64,000 bases of DNA, from contig OX597814.1 of assembly GCA_951406725.2 (NCBI GenBank), positions 154,380,001-154,444,000 on the forward strand. The letters run 5' to 3'. The DNA comes from Octopus vulgaris. Taxonomy: Eukaryota. Below are positions 39,456 through 52,608 of this stretch, one piece after another. Both the position numbers and the translations under genes were made by a program. Below the pieces are notes generated by a model, which saw only the letters and a list, made by a program, of their open reading frames with translations, searched no databases and had not been told where the DNA came from. Within the stretch, counting starts at the first letter, position 1. Every line of letters starts with the position of its first letter.

Positions 39456-40685
39456 AAAAAACATTTGTGGAGGTGCAATGGCGCAGTGGTTAGGGCAGTG
39501 AACTCACGGTTGGAGGATTGCAGTTTCGATTCCCAGACCGGGCGTTGTGTGTGTTTATTGAGTGAAAATACTAAAAGCTCCATGAGGCTCTGGCAGGGGG
39601 TGGTGGCGACCCCTATTGTACTCTTTCACCACAACTTTCTCTCACTCTCTCTTCCTGTTTCTTGAGTAATGCTGCGATGGACTGGCGTCCTGTCCAGCTG
39701 GGGGGAACACATATGCCACAGAAACCGGGCCCATGAGCCTCACTAGGCTTGAAAAGGGTGACGTTTATTGTTTTTAAGTTTACCCTATAGTGTTCACATT
39801 ATTCTGCCAAAATTAATGCTTCTTCATCCACATTGTTTTGAACTAATCATGCATTATCTTGTAGCTATGAGATTTTGATGAGGAAGCTGTTAATTTTTAA
39901 AACAATATTGTAGGGTTGGTGTGAGAGACCACATCTGGCCAGTTTGACCATAAAACAGGCAGAATACTTTTGGCTGGATATGGCCAGTTTAAATGCTAAA
40001 GGGTTAAGTCAGCTAGATTTGAACTTTCACACATACCCTATAATGTTATTCTAAAGATAGACAATCAAATCATTTAAATCTTGAAACTACATACAAGATA
40101 ATACATGATTTGAATAAATAAGCATTACACTTGACAAAGTTGTCTGAATGCTGAAGGGTTAAATAAAAACATTTTTAAAACTTGACTTTTATGTCTTAGA
40201 ACCTGGGTGGTCTAAGGTTGGCATCAAGAGAGTTTAATAAAGATACGGAGACAATTAATAGATTAATAGATGCTTGTAAAAGGAATGTAATACAAAGTGA
40301 AGCAAAAGGCCTCATGTTTTGTATAATATAAAACTTCTGACAAAGATCGGTGCTTGGATAATGTATTGTTATTTCCAGAAGTCAGTAGTTTTCTTATATA
40401 TGTTTCTTCACATACAAATGCTTACACATACTTTTACATGCACGTGTACACACACACACACAAACAAACACACCTTTGCATTTATGAATACTGACACGTA
40501 TCCACACTCAGTGCTATGTGTATATGTATTTCCTTATACATGCATCCTCCTCCTCATCATCACCGTCTTCTTTTCATCCTTCTTTTCCTTGAATATTTGC
40601 ATGCGCACACATGTGTGTAAGTGTATACATCAACATCTCCCAGTGCACACACACACACACAGCAAATGTATATATGTATATATTC

Positions 40686-40716
<31 letters not shown>

Positions 40717-40947
40717 GCTTCAGTATGTGGAGGGATTTTGTCTTAAGGATACACAAAGTTTTCATTAGGAATCGGAATTCTTGTACTGTTAAATATTTAG
40801 CATCATTACTTCTATCACCACACCCAAGATCCCAATTATTTATGGACTTTGTTGAAAGTTTCAACTTCCCCATATCTACTTCCAGTTCCTAAATCTATAG
40901 TTTCACAACCTCTGTTTGGCTGCATTACTATATCATCATCATCATCG

Positions 40948-41002
<55 letters not shown>

Positions 41003-41581
41003 CATTATTATCATCATGTGTGGCAGGCTAGCAGAATTGTTAGCCTGTAGGACAGAATGTTCAGTGGCATTTGTTTGGTTCTTTATCTTTTGAGTTCAAA
41101 TTCTGCTGAGGTGGACTTCATCCTCTCGGGAGTTGACAAAATTAGTACCAATTGAGCACTTGTTTCCATGTAATTGACTAACCTCACCCCTAAAATTGCA
41201 GGCCTTGTGCAAAAATTTGAAACCATTATAAGGAAGTGAGCTGGCAGCATTGTTAGCATATTGGAAAGAATCCCTAGCTGTTTTTCTTCTTCTGGCTTAC
41301 TACATTCTGAGTTCAAATTCCACAGAGGTCGACTTTGTCATTCATCCTTCCAGGGGCAAGAAAATAAATACCAGTTAAGCACTGGGGCTTGATGTAATTG
41401 ACTAGCACCCTCCCACAAGTTTTCAGGTCCTGTGCCTATAGTAGAAAGAATGATTATTATTATTGTTGATGGTGATTTATGGCCTTGTTAGAAATCATAG
41501 AAAATGAAGATGGCAGAATCAGTAAAGTATTTGGTAGACTTCAGTTATGTTACCATATGGCCTGAGTTCAATTCTCTCAAG

Positions 41582-42437
41582 CAGAGGTTCTCAACATGGG
41601 CAACATTGCCCTCAAAAGAGGCACTAGGTATGTTGAAGGGGGTGTTAGGCTTTGAGGGGCAGTGAAATAATGTAATTAACTTACTAAATTTTGCCTATAG
41701 TACTAATCATGATAAAACTAGTAATGGCTATTAAAATAAAATGAAAAATAAGTAGTGTGCTGCTATTTCTAGCAGGTTGAGCAACTGTGTAGAACAGACC
41801 TGGCTAACTTGACTTACATTGTGGGCCACTTTAGTCACAGAAAGTTTTTTTGAGGGCTGCTTGTATACAGACAGAATTTAAAGCATTTTGCTTTCTCATG
41901 CTATTATTACAATAAGGAATGAATGATCGTTGATTTAATATGAAATATTATCATTGCAAAAACAGTAGTATCTTTCTTTTTTATTTTTTTTTACAATCTT
42001 TAATTTTTGATAAAAATTTTTTAAATGTTTGTTTAAATAAACCCATTTGAAGAAACTATCAAGTGGGCTGCAAGATAAAAGTCTGTGGGCTGCATGTGGC
42101 CTGCAGGCCTCAGGTTGGCCAGCTCTGGTGTAGAATATACACCATTGCTCAACCTGATACAGAAAATTTAGCTAGATCTCATCAGGCACAGATGAGCCAT
42201 TAACTTACAATGCATAAAGTAAAATTACAATTTTTGTCTTTATTAATTTTTTTATCATATCACTGTTAAAAGCTTACACAATCCATTTTTAGTGTGAAAT
42301 TTAGTTTAACATTAGTTAATATCCATGTTAAATAAGTTTAGTTGTGATACTACACTCACCGCTTAGGTGGGCGTTAGGTATAACAACTACTTATAAAGGA
42401 GTGCTACAAAACAAGTAAAAAAGTTTAAGAACCACTG
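41582..42437. mobile_element. Older hAT/Charlie-like non-autonomous element (host of the nested MITE)
   Basis: Termini cagaggttctcaac / tttaagaaccactg. Flanks ctctcaag and ctttagag only partly match. Confidence 0.55.
41795..42127. mobile_element. hAT-family MITE nested in a second hAT-like element
   Basis: cagacctggctaac / gttggccagctctg termini with a perfect 8-bp TSD gtgtagaa. Confidence 0.85.
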
Positions 42438-42457
42438 CTTTAGAGTAATATATAAAA

Positions 42458-42855
42458 CTAGCAGTATCGCCGGGCGTTGCTCGGGTTTGTAAGGGAAATA
42501 ACTATATAAGCATTTTTAGAGAGTTATAGCCAAAAAATAGCAAAAAAATGCATTAAAAATGGAAAAAAAATGATGGTATATTTTTTTTTAAATCGTTGAC
42601 TCATCGTAGACATTTTTAGAGAGTTACTTCCCTTATATAATAGCGAAAAAATGCATTAAAATGGAAAAAAATGATGGTAAATTATTTTTAAAATCGTAGA
42701 CTCATCGTAGATGCACGCTAATACCCAGAAGGGCTCGATATGAATCACGACTATAAGATACCCAGTTTTGGTTAAACTGCACCGCAAAATGTGGGAGTAG
42801 TTAGGAATCTAAATCGTAGGAGACAGACACACAACTTCACTTTTACATATAAAGA
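42458..42855 (-). mobile_element. Non-autonomous Helitron
   Basis: Minus-strand 5' TC, subterminal hairpin cccgagcaacgcccgg and terminal CTAG. Internal ~100-bp tandem duplication (catttttagagagtta...atgatggta). Confidence 0.8.
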
Positions 42856-45403
42856 TAAGCAACCAAGTAACGAAGTACTTGGTATGAATTAATTAAGTGA
42901 AGTCTGTCCCTGCTCTTTCAGGTTTGTACCAATGCTACAAATCATGTTCTTAAATATTTTGTCCTATATTATAGATTATATTGAAGGAAATTTATGGTAA
43001 TATAGAAATACATTCTGAGCAAAACATGTTTGTAACATGGTTGCCATTGATCAGACCCAAATCAGCTTTCATCAATAAGGATCCTAGCTGTGACCATGCT
43101 GTCATTCAACGAGGCATAATAAAAAAACACATTATTCAGTATGTCCTTTTATTTTGGGTGTTATGGGTGTGATATAATGGAGATTTGGCTTCTATTTCTA
43201 GCAAGTCAACTAAACCATGCAGAAGTGCTTTGGTTTGTGACATGCTGTCATTCTAAGTGGAAACTCTTTCCTTTCATTTTTGTAACTGATTACGTTATTA
43301 ATTTTCCCACAGCCCTAAAATCTGCTGCCTTGTACCTAGTTATCCTTATATGGAAACTTGCAGAGAGCTACATCATCAGAGAATTAATTTAGACTTTTTG
43401 GTGAAAAGAGTAAAGTGTACAAAACATTTGGCAGAGAGAACAAAAATGTGATATGTTATGAAGAACCAATCTTTAGAGATCAACAAAAACCAACAGAAGA
43501 GTAGGAATTATGGTAAGAAAAAGAGAATGACATTGAAATAAATATATCGGTTAAGAAATGAGTTTGACTTCAAAACATATCAACTGTACTTGAAAGAACA
43601 TTAGTATATGAGACTATGTGGTATCTTAACCTGCTAAAACTAGCAGTGCTACTTACCTCAAATCAAAACATTGTATCTTATAAAAAGTACATCAACTATA
43701 CAATACAAGACAGTAGAGAGATATGACAGCACCATGGTACCTATTAAACCTAAATGAAGTGGGACCCCCAAAAAATTAAGGTCATATTAATGACAGATAC
43801 AAACTGATGACTCTTTGAACAAATAGGGGCTTTTTTGTTTTTGTTTTTTTTTTATTTTGTTTTGTTGTTGGTTTTTATTTTATGATCTGGCCATACGTTT
43901 GTGACTTTTAAAAATAAATTTACACCTAGAAAATGCAACTTGTAAAAAATAAAAAAAAAACCCAAAAATAAGAAAAAACAAAACAAAACAAAATAAAAAA
44001 CAACAACAAACCAAAATAAAAAAAAACAAACAAAAACAGTATATTCAGAGTTGGCAAATTTTCAGTTACTGCTGCTTAATTGTTAATCTTCCTCTATTAG
44101 TTCAAATCCTTGTTTAAGACATATTATCAAAATACATGTGTTATCAGAATAATGTATTAACTTAGATATAACAATATAGTTTAATAAATTGAGGTTTTAT
44201 CAAAAGATAATTGGGGGTTAAATAGAACTGTTATACCATGAATTATTTATTTCATAATCATGCAGACTCCATATAAATGCTACTTGAGTTAGATTCATAT
44301 TTTAAAGAGAATATATACTGTTTGTATATATTTATGAGATAGTGAGTTCAGTTCCTGGAGCAGGCTGTGTACTGTGTTCTTGAGTATATATAATTGTTTA
44401 ATGTCTGCCCTCCATGCTGACATGGGTGGGGCAGTATGATAGGAGCCGGCCGGGAAGAAGCCTGCTCCAGACTTCTGTGACTGTTTTGGCAGGATTTTTA
44501 CAGCTGGATGCCCTTCCTAACACCAACAACTCAGCAGAGCGGACTCAGTGCTTTTTACATGGCAGACCCACCCACACACAGATGCACATATATATATATA
44601 TTTATATATATTTATGCCATTATAATCATACATATATTGATTTATATGTATATATACATATATATGTATAAACATATATGCTCATGGTTAAATATAGGTA
44701 ATATACTGGTAGTGTAATGGCTACTTCTATCCCTTTCATGGTTATTTTAACCTCTAACAAAACTAACCATACATATGTATATAAATATATATACTCATAC
44801 CTACAAACTTGTACACATACATGCATACACATAGGCATACATAGGAGATTATTGGCACATTAACTTAAATATTTATTAATCAAATAGTTACATAAAATGA
44901 TGATGATGCAATGATGATGATGACGGGGGGCGGATGATGATGATAATCAGTGTGATTAATTTTCCTTAAGTGAGTTTTACAAAAAAAAAATGAGAGAGAA
45001 AAGAAAAAAGAAAAAGCTGACATCTGGTTGTTTTAAATTTAAAGTGGATATTGATTTTCCCTATCAGGCTCAGTGATGGAGGTGGGGTGCCTTATAGGCA
45101 TTCCCCACCCTTTATCAAAAATTTTAAAAATACTAACATATACACACATATTGATGAAAACACACACAGATGCATTTGGTAAATGTATTGATTATGATCT
45201 GAAGGGCTTTGAATTCCCTTTTACTGCTGGAGTTTCATTGTGAGCCTGAATAGAACACTTAAATTCTACATTACCTTAATTGAACTAGCTGTAGGGGATA
45301 AGTATGAGATCTTTGCAGCAATGCAAAAAACCCCAGGAAACCAAACAAGAACAATATGCCATCCTCCATGAATCATGATAAGCCTGAAACTTGATACAAA
45401 TCA

Positions 45404-45845
45404 CTGTTTTTAAATGCCTGCAGTTTACGTAACAAGCTCCACCTTTTTGACTCCTATGTTAAAAGTACTGACCCTGATTTCATTACTATTATGGGACTAT
45501 GGGAATATTCTTCGTATTGCAATGGTAGTTTCAGCAAGGCTGGCAACAACTTGCATTACAAAGACTGATTTAATTGCTGTGGGGGTGTTGTGATGGAGTA
45601 TGTTCACTGAACTTTTGCGGCAATTCCTTGTGATGATTCGAACCAGTCGCAACAAGAGGTATTTTTCTGTAACATACATAAGTCAACACTACTAGTTGTT
45701 TATAATCACTACTAACTACAACTAAGACACACTACTTTTTGACATTCTAAGAGCTTCATCTAGGGAAACAATCACCTATGTTTTCATTACTGGTGATTTT
45801 GGTTATCCAGAGATTAATAGGAAAACCTTTCATTGGCTGCAATCA
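45404..45845 (+). mobile_element. CR1/L2-group LINE endonuclease relic
   Basis: LFLNACSLRNKLHLFDSYVKSTDPDFITIMGLW, YKD*FNCCGGV and YVFITGDFGYPEIN match APE motifs NARSLxNK/PDII, RxDRxxxGGGV and GDFNYPxI. Contains stops and frameshifts. Confidence 0.8.
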
Positions 45846-45854
45846 TCACCTTCA

Positions 45855-46320
45855 TCATCATCATTTAACGTCCGTTTTCCATGCTGGCATGGGTTGGACG
45901 ATTTGACTGAGGACTGGCGAACTAGATGGCTACGCCAGACTCCAATCTGATCTGGCAGAGTTTCTACAGCTGGATGCCCTTCCTAACGCCAACCACTCCG
46001 AGAGTGTAGTGGGTCCTTTTACGTGCCACCTGCACGAGGGTCAGTCTGGCGGTACTGGCAATGGCCATGCTCGAAATGGTGTTTTTTACGTGCCCCCTGC
46101 ACAGTAGCCAGTCCAGCGGCACTGGCAACAATCTCGCTTGAATGTTTTGTTCATGTGCCAGTAAGGCAACACTGGTAACGATCATGCTCAAATGGTGCAC
46201 GGAAGCCAGACAGCTGCTCTGGCAGTGATCCCGCTTGGATGGAGCTGTTAGCGCTCCACTGGCATGGGTGCCAGTCATCGAAATTGGTTCAATTTCGATT
46301 TCACTTGCCCCAACAGGTCT
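45855..46320 (-). mobile_element. (GAT)n-tailed interspersed repeat (family C; copies ~2060-2617, 3590-3895, 26560-26870, 30615-30810, 35860-36135, 44395-44565, 47300-47585, 55080-55260, 57105-57400)
   Basis: catcatcat-ttaacgtccgttttccatgctggcatgggttggacg...ggatgcccttcctaacgccaaccactc, followed by variable ~60-bp internal repeats. Confidence 0.85.
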
Positions 46321-47021
46321 TCATGTACATATGATTTCCTTGATTTTGCACTGGATTAGAACTGGTCTTGAGTAACCACCTCCTCTACATGAAGTAACAA
46401 ACCTCTGGCTCTGCTATCAGTGTCAATACTCAAGAACCAATTAAAGCAGTCTTTGTGAAGCAAGCTGTAGCCAGCCATGTTAAAAATACCATTGAAATAT
46501 AAAAATGAGCAGGTAGTACCATTAGCAGATTGAACAAAATGCCTAACAGTGTTTCTTCCGGCTCATTTTGTTCTGAGTTGCAAGGGTCAACAAAAAAAGT
46601 ACCAGTCAAAGACTGGGTCGATGTAATTGACTGACACTTTCCCACCCACAAAAAATTGCTAGCCTTGTATCAAGATTTGAAACATTCTTCTTCTTCTTCT
46701 TAAGGCGGTGAGCTGGCAGAATCGCTAGCATGCCAGGTGAAAATGCTTAGCGATATTTCGTCTGCCGCTACGTTCCGTGTTCAAATTCTGCCAGGGTTGA
46801 CTTTACCTTTCATTCTTTCGGGGTTGATAAATGAAGTACCAGAGAAACACTGGGGTTGATGTAATTCACTAGTCCCCTCCCATAAAATTTCAGGCCTTGT
46901 GCCTATAATAGAAAATCATCTTCTTCTTCTTCTTCTTCTTCTTATTATTATTATTATTATTATCATCATCATCATTATTCACATACACATGCATAACAAA
47001 ATAAGAAAACATAGGACTAAC

Positions 47022-47077
47022 CTGTAATAATGTTACCGAAGGGAGTTTTCACACCACTCTGAGAATTTATGGCAGTT
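47022..47077 (-). CDS. SLC26A11: SLC26A11-like exon (RTAINSQSGVKTPFGNIITG)
   Basis: ctcttcttcacag acceptor, G|gttagt donor, 56 nt, phase 2 to 1. Matches the RTAVNxxSGVxTP motif. Confidence 0.95.
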
Positions 47078-48005
47078 CTGTGAAGAAGAGCAAAGAAATG
47101 GAGCAATGAAAAAGGAATGAAAAAAAAAGGAGCAACATCTCCCTCACTCTTAACTCATCAACATTGCACTCCAGCTGATTCCTTAACTTTATCAATATCA
47201 ATCCACATGAAAACCTTCTATCATTATTTTAAAGAAGAACCTTTTTGTTAACTTACACTTCAAACACCAGATTATTAGTGAAGAGGTTAGTTATTTTACA
47301 TTACATAAAATACACTTGTGCTGGTGCTATGTAGAATGCACTCATGTTGGTGCCACACAGAATGCATTTGTGCCGGTGTCATGTAAAATGCACTCATGCT
47401 GGTAGCATGTAAAAGGCACCCAACACACTCTGTAAAGTGGTTGGCATTAGGAAGGGTTTCCAGCTGTAGACCAAACCATGCCAAACAGACATTTGCAGCC
47501 TGGACATTTCTCTGGCTGACTAGCACCTGTCAAACTGTCCAATCTATGCCAGTATGGAAAACAGACGTTAAATGATGATGAAGATGATTTTTACATTATT
47601 TCATCTTACCTACAACTGGAAATAGGATACCAGGAATTTCTGGGAAAGATACTTGTTCCGTGTATATATATCTATGTGGACATGCATGAAGGCACATGGC
47701 CTCAAGATTAAGGTACTGAACTCAAATCATAAAATTGTGGTTTTGATTCCCAGACTGGCTGGTACATTGTGTTTTTGAGCAAAACACTTCATTTCACATT
47801 GCTCCAGTTCACTCAAATGAAAATAAGTACCAATGGTACTTGGGGATTAACCCAGCAACAGAATGTCATCCTGTTCAGAAGGTACTATTGTACTTTTGAC
47901 CACTTACACATCATAGAAACTGGGATGAGTTCTGGTTTAATGAGGCTGTAAGCTTGTGACAAGTTAAAACCTAAGATTTATGTATGCAGAATTGTCTCTT
48001 GTCTA

Positions 48006-48378
48006 CAGGGTGATTCAAAAGTCGCCTACTTAGGAACAATTTATCTTTTTTTATAAGAAACAGTTTATAAGAACAGTTTTTTTTTATTTAACAGGCTCTA
48101 TATGGTTACCATTGTTTTGAATACACATTGCAATACGTTTACCCTGCTCATTGTGAACTCATAATAGCACATCTGGTGATACGTGTACAAAGGAGTTGGA
48201 GATATGTTCCTTCAAGTCATTTATGCTTTTTATCTTTCTGCGATACACCATGCCTTTCAAATACCCACAAAGATAGAAATCAAGAAGGGTTAGATCAAGG
48301 GATCTAGGGGATCTTATAAACTGTCTCTTATAAAAAAAATAAATTCTTCCTATGTATGGAGACTTTTGAATCACTCTG
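48006..48378 (-). mobile_element. Internally deleted Tc1/mariner-superfamily element
   Basis: TA-flanked ~65-bp TIRs (cagggtgattcaaaagtc / gacttttgaatcactctg). Internal PRSLDLTLLDFYLCGYLKGMVY resembles the WPPRSPDLTPLDFYLWGYLK transposase motif. Confidence 0.88.
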
Positions 48379-48790
48379 TATTTAAAACCTACACAAACAA
48401 TGTTGAATGTTGCCTTGCAATTCAAGAGAATTTAGAAAATAATTACTTTTAACTCTGAATGTATTAACTTACAGAAATTTTCAACATGATATGATATCAG
48501 ACATTATAAGTGCCAATTGAGATAGAACAGAGCAGTAGGCCCACAAATGGTATTCTTATGAAATATCTGTTTTCTTATCATCGAACCAATTGCTTTTCTC
48601 TGCCTCAAAATGGTACATACAATGTCTCTCATATGACTTAATATGGTAACTTTTAAGTTTAACAATAACAGATGTTTTATTTTCTGTAGAAGGTATATTA
48701 TCGAGTATTATGACATTCTGTTTAATTGTTTCCTTATAGTTAATGAAGTGACACAAAATTTTCAGGACAGTAAAAAAAAGCTGGAACTAC

Positions 48791-48851
48791 CTTGAAAAGC
48801 TGCCTGCGACTGGGTAGGAAGAACAAAAGGAGCTGATAACATTTGCTGCAC
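48791..48851 (-). CDS. SLC26A11: SLC26A11-like exon (GAANVISSFCSSYPVAGSFSR)
   Basis: tttttcctttttcag acceptor, AG|gtagtt donor, 61 nt, phase 1 to 2. Carries the TM9-TM10 SYPxxGSFSR anion-binding motif. Confidence 0.95.
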
Positions 48852-49764
48852 CTGAAAAAGGAAAAAGAATTATTTGAAGTAAAATTCATTGGTTTTTTTG
48901 ACAGTACTTACTTTATTATAAGGGATGAGGGAAAATGAAAAGTTATGGCACTGAAGCCTTATTTCTATAGAAAATCAAAGCAATATTGAGGACTTGCCTG
49001 AAGATTACTTCATATACTGCCATGATCAGCTTTAGATCTTGGAATTAGTATATTATTTACATATTTACATTTTCTAAACTTGTTTTTATTTATCTATTGT
49101 TTATTTTTGCTAAAAATTATGACTTTCTTTAATTTATTTCAATCATATGATTGTGGCCATGCAGGAGCACTGCCCTTAGTCAAACAAATCGACCTCAGGA
49201 CTTATTCTTTGTAAGCCTAGTACTTATTCTATCAGTCACTTTTGCCAAACTGCTAAGTTATGGGGATGTGAACACACCAACATTGGTTGTCAAGCAATAG
49301 TGGGGGGACAAACACAGACACACAAACATACACACACACATATATATAATGGGCTTCTTTCAGTTTCCATCTATCAAATCCACTCACAAGGCTTTAGTCG
49401 GCCCGAGGTGCCATGCAGTGGGACTGAACCCGGAACCATGTGGTTGGTAAACAAGCCACTTACCACACAGCAACTCCTGCACCTTGAATACTTTCAGTAA
49501 ATATTTATTTGTATTTAACACATGCATACCTATACACACATCTGTATACACATATATCCCTACCCCTATATATACCTTGACGGCAGGTACACACGTATTT
49601 TTGTGTGTGGTTGTATGTGTAAATCTTTCACTATTGTATTTTGGTCACAGATGTAAACATTGTTAAAAATAAATAAATAAATAAATCAGCAGAGTTGAAC
49701 AAAAATACCTTGTGGTATTTTTTCATTTCAAGATGCACAGTCTGTAGTCACTCTCACAATGGTA

Positions 49765-51088
49765 TGAGGTGCATTCCAGAAGTTTTGAGACTATTTTAGG
49801 AGAGGCATTTATAACTGTCCGAAAGTAGTAATATTAGTATGTAGCGGTACAAGCAGTCAGTGCCATATTGGATGAGATCTCGTGGCAGCCATTGCCATAT
49901 CCGAGACTGGAGCAAGACCTTACCTGCATCCATTTGCCATGCATGAGATCACAACAAGGCTCGTGATGGAAAACTGTATATAAGGGCAAAACAGAAACAG
50001 ATTCACTCTCTCTCTCTCTCTGCTTCTTCACAGCAGTGTTTGCTGAGCACACTTCACTGGCTGGGCCTGTCTGCATGTTGTACCTCCAGATACAACACTG
50101 TGCACACAGCTCGAGATGGTTGCTGAGAGCAACGCACTTCACCTGTTCCATGAAACTTGTAAATAAACCAGTTGTAAATTGCATTTGTACTTAAAGACTT
50201 CTTTTTTCGCCTGCCAGAGCCTGAACTACATGAAGAACAAGATATAATGGGAGAAGGAGATATTCTCCCGATATCGTAAACCTCGCCTTCTATTATAAGC
50301 ATGTCATTACTATATATCTAATAAGCTGACCTGCCAAACTTTTTATATTCCAGATTGAAAGAGAATGTTGTAATAGCACTTTGAACACACCCTACTAAGC
50401 ACTGCTTGTCACAGCTGACTAGTTTACAGAATGTGCTCAGGACATGAACACAATTTGGATGCTCACTGTGCAATAAAGCTTTGTGTTAAACTAGGTTAAA
50501 ACACTACAGAAACTTATGAAATACTCCAGACTTCTTCTGGATTCATTTGTATGAGCCAAGCCTCTGTTTTTCACAGACATAAGAGGCCAGGTGAGGTAAA
50601 TCATGATGATGGCCCTTGTTTTTGACAGCAAGAGCATCATCTACATCCACTGGGTTACCTTTGGTCAGACAGTCAATAAAGAGTACTTTAAGAACAGATT
50701 TCATCACAAAGGGCCAAAGCTTTCCCACTTGGGTCAATGGAACATGTATCAGGACAATGTATGAGCTCACAATTCCATTGTGGGCACCGACTACTTGACA
50801 GAGATGGCATCAAAACTGTTACTCAACCTTCCTACAGTCCAGACCTTGCTCCCTGTGACTTGGTTGTTCCTCAAACTGAAAAAAACCTCAGGTGCAGTCA
50901 TTTTGAAAACACTGAGAAGATGGAAGCTGTTTCAAGGGTTCTGGACACTTTCAGCTTGGAGAACTTCCACAGGGTCTTCACAAAGTGGCTGGAGTGCAGC
51001 AACATGTGCAATGAAGTCAGAAGACCCTTCTTTGAAATTAATAAATATCTCTCCTGCAAAAGTCTAAAAATTTCTGGAATGCACCGGG
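49765..51088 (+). mobile_element. Decayed mariner element with both TIRs
   Basis: TA-tgaggtgcattccagaagttttgagact at left and agtctaaaaatttctggaatgcacc at right. Internal CAIKLCVKLG*NTTETYE (N-terminus) and QPSYSPDLAPCD. Confidence 0.85.
49840..50314 (+). mobile_element. Possible solo LTR nested in the mariner 5' region
   Basis: Begins TGTAGCGG, TATA-like gtatataag at ~49976, AATAAA at ~50162, GC-richer than its flanks. The 3' end (actaca 50230 or ttactata ~50314) and TSD are unresolved. Confidence 0.4.
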
Positions 51089-51444
51089 AATATCAACATT
51101 GTTGATCACAAATTGCAATATAAAATGAGAAAATCAATCTTCCTCAAGTCACACACTTCTGTCTTGTAGAAGAGGGTTACATTACATAACACAGCCCTTG
51201 TTGCATTGTTTCAAAGAAATATGCAAAACGGTCATGGTTGGAATGCTTTTGATTATGGGTCTACCACATCAGGGTGACCTGATGTAAAATAAAAACAATT
51301 CTGGAAGAATAAAAGCAGTGGTGATTTAAACGTACAACAGAAAAGACAGCAAACTATAAACTGAAAAGTATATAGTCTGACACACTGCACCAGATCTACT
51401 AACAACAGTTTACATAGAATTCTATTGAAACTTATAGAACTTAC

Positions 51445-51495
51445 CTAAGGCAATGAATTCTTGAGTTGGATCAAGTTTGTAATGATTTTTACGAG
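51445..51495 (-). CDS. SLC26A11: SLC26A11-like exon (ARKNHYKLDPTQEFIAL)
   Basis: ttttatttgcag acceptor, G|gtaagt donor, 51 nt, phase 1 to 1. Matches the SLC26 YxxDxNQELxAxG motif. Confidence 0.95.
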   Translation of the reverse strand, partial: LVKIITNLIQLKNSLP

Positions 51496-51660
51496 CTGCA
51501 AATAAAAATAATAATAATGATGATGATGATGACGATGGTTTCAAATTTTGGCACAAGACCAGTAATTTCAGGGGAGTAGAATTAATCAGTTACATCAACA
51601 CCCATGAGTATATAACCCATGTTATATACTCATGTTGAGTATATAACACATGGAAGAAAA

Positions 51661-51740
51661 AGAAAATGAAATTCATGAGATTCTTTATTAGTCACTTCGA
51701 TCGTAGTGATTAATAAAGAATCTTGTGAATTTCATTTTCT
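51661..51740. repeat. 80-bp near-perfect palindrome centred on CGATCG
   Basis: agaaaatgaaattcatgagattctttattagtcact-tcgatcgt-agtgattaataaagaatcttgtgaatttcattttct. Confidence 0.85.
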
Positions 51741-51810
51741 CCTTTACTTATATATATATAATTTTACAACTAATGTAGGATAAAATTTTTTTGAAAAACA
51801 TTTTTGAATG

Positions 51811-51861
<51 letters not shown>

Positions 51862-52444
51862 ATATATATGTATGTATGTGCATGGCTGTATGTATGTATG
51901 TATGTATGTATGTATGTATGGATGGATGTATGTATACTTACAAACAAGTATAACACATGATTAGGAACTGTTATTTTTTTTAAACATCACATTTTAAAAT
52001 GCTCAATTTGTGTATTCAGAAAGTCTCATTGAGTATTGTATAATGCTTAGTAACTCTAAGCTGGTATTCGGATGTTTAAAACACAGAAATCTTTAACTAA
52101 ATTTCCAATAAAATTAGAGGAGTCTATAGAAAAGATAGCAGTCATTTCACCACCATTGAAAGCCAAATGAGTGTAGCTTACATTTTAATCCATTCATGAT
52201 TATATTGCTAACAAGTAGACAACCCATGCATTTCAATTTATTTAATATAATCAAGATATTTGGAAGGATTTCAATATATATATATATATACACACACACA
52301 TTCATATATATATATATTATACACACACATACATATATATATAAAGTTAATCCAGACAAGAAAGCACAAAAAAAACACAACAATGAGAGGACGTGGAACA
52401 AATATAGTATTATTGGACGCTCAGGAAAGAAGGAAAGAAGGAGG

Positions 52445-52479
52445 GTTTAACGTTTCGAGTGGAGCTCTTCGGCGGAAAC
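52445..52479 (-). ncRNA. Degenerate minimal hammerhead motif in a (TA)n-embedded element (~52340-52560)
   Basis: GUUU-CCGCCGA-A-GAGC(UCC)ACUC-GAAACGUU^AAAC. Stem I and the AACGUU palindrome are intact, CUGA is mutated. Confidence 0.5.
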
Positions 52480-52563
52480 ATAGGAAAAGGAAAGATCCAG
52501 AGAAGGGAAGACAGAGGAAAAAAAATTGCCAACGGTACACACGAGGTCACATTTTGAAATATA

Positions 52564-52608
<45 letters not shown>

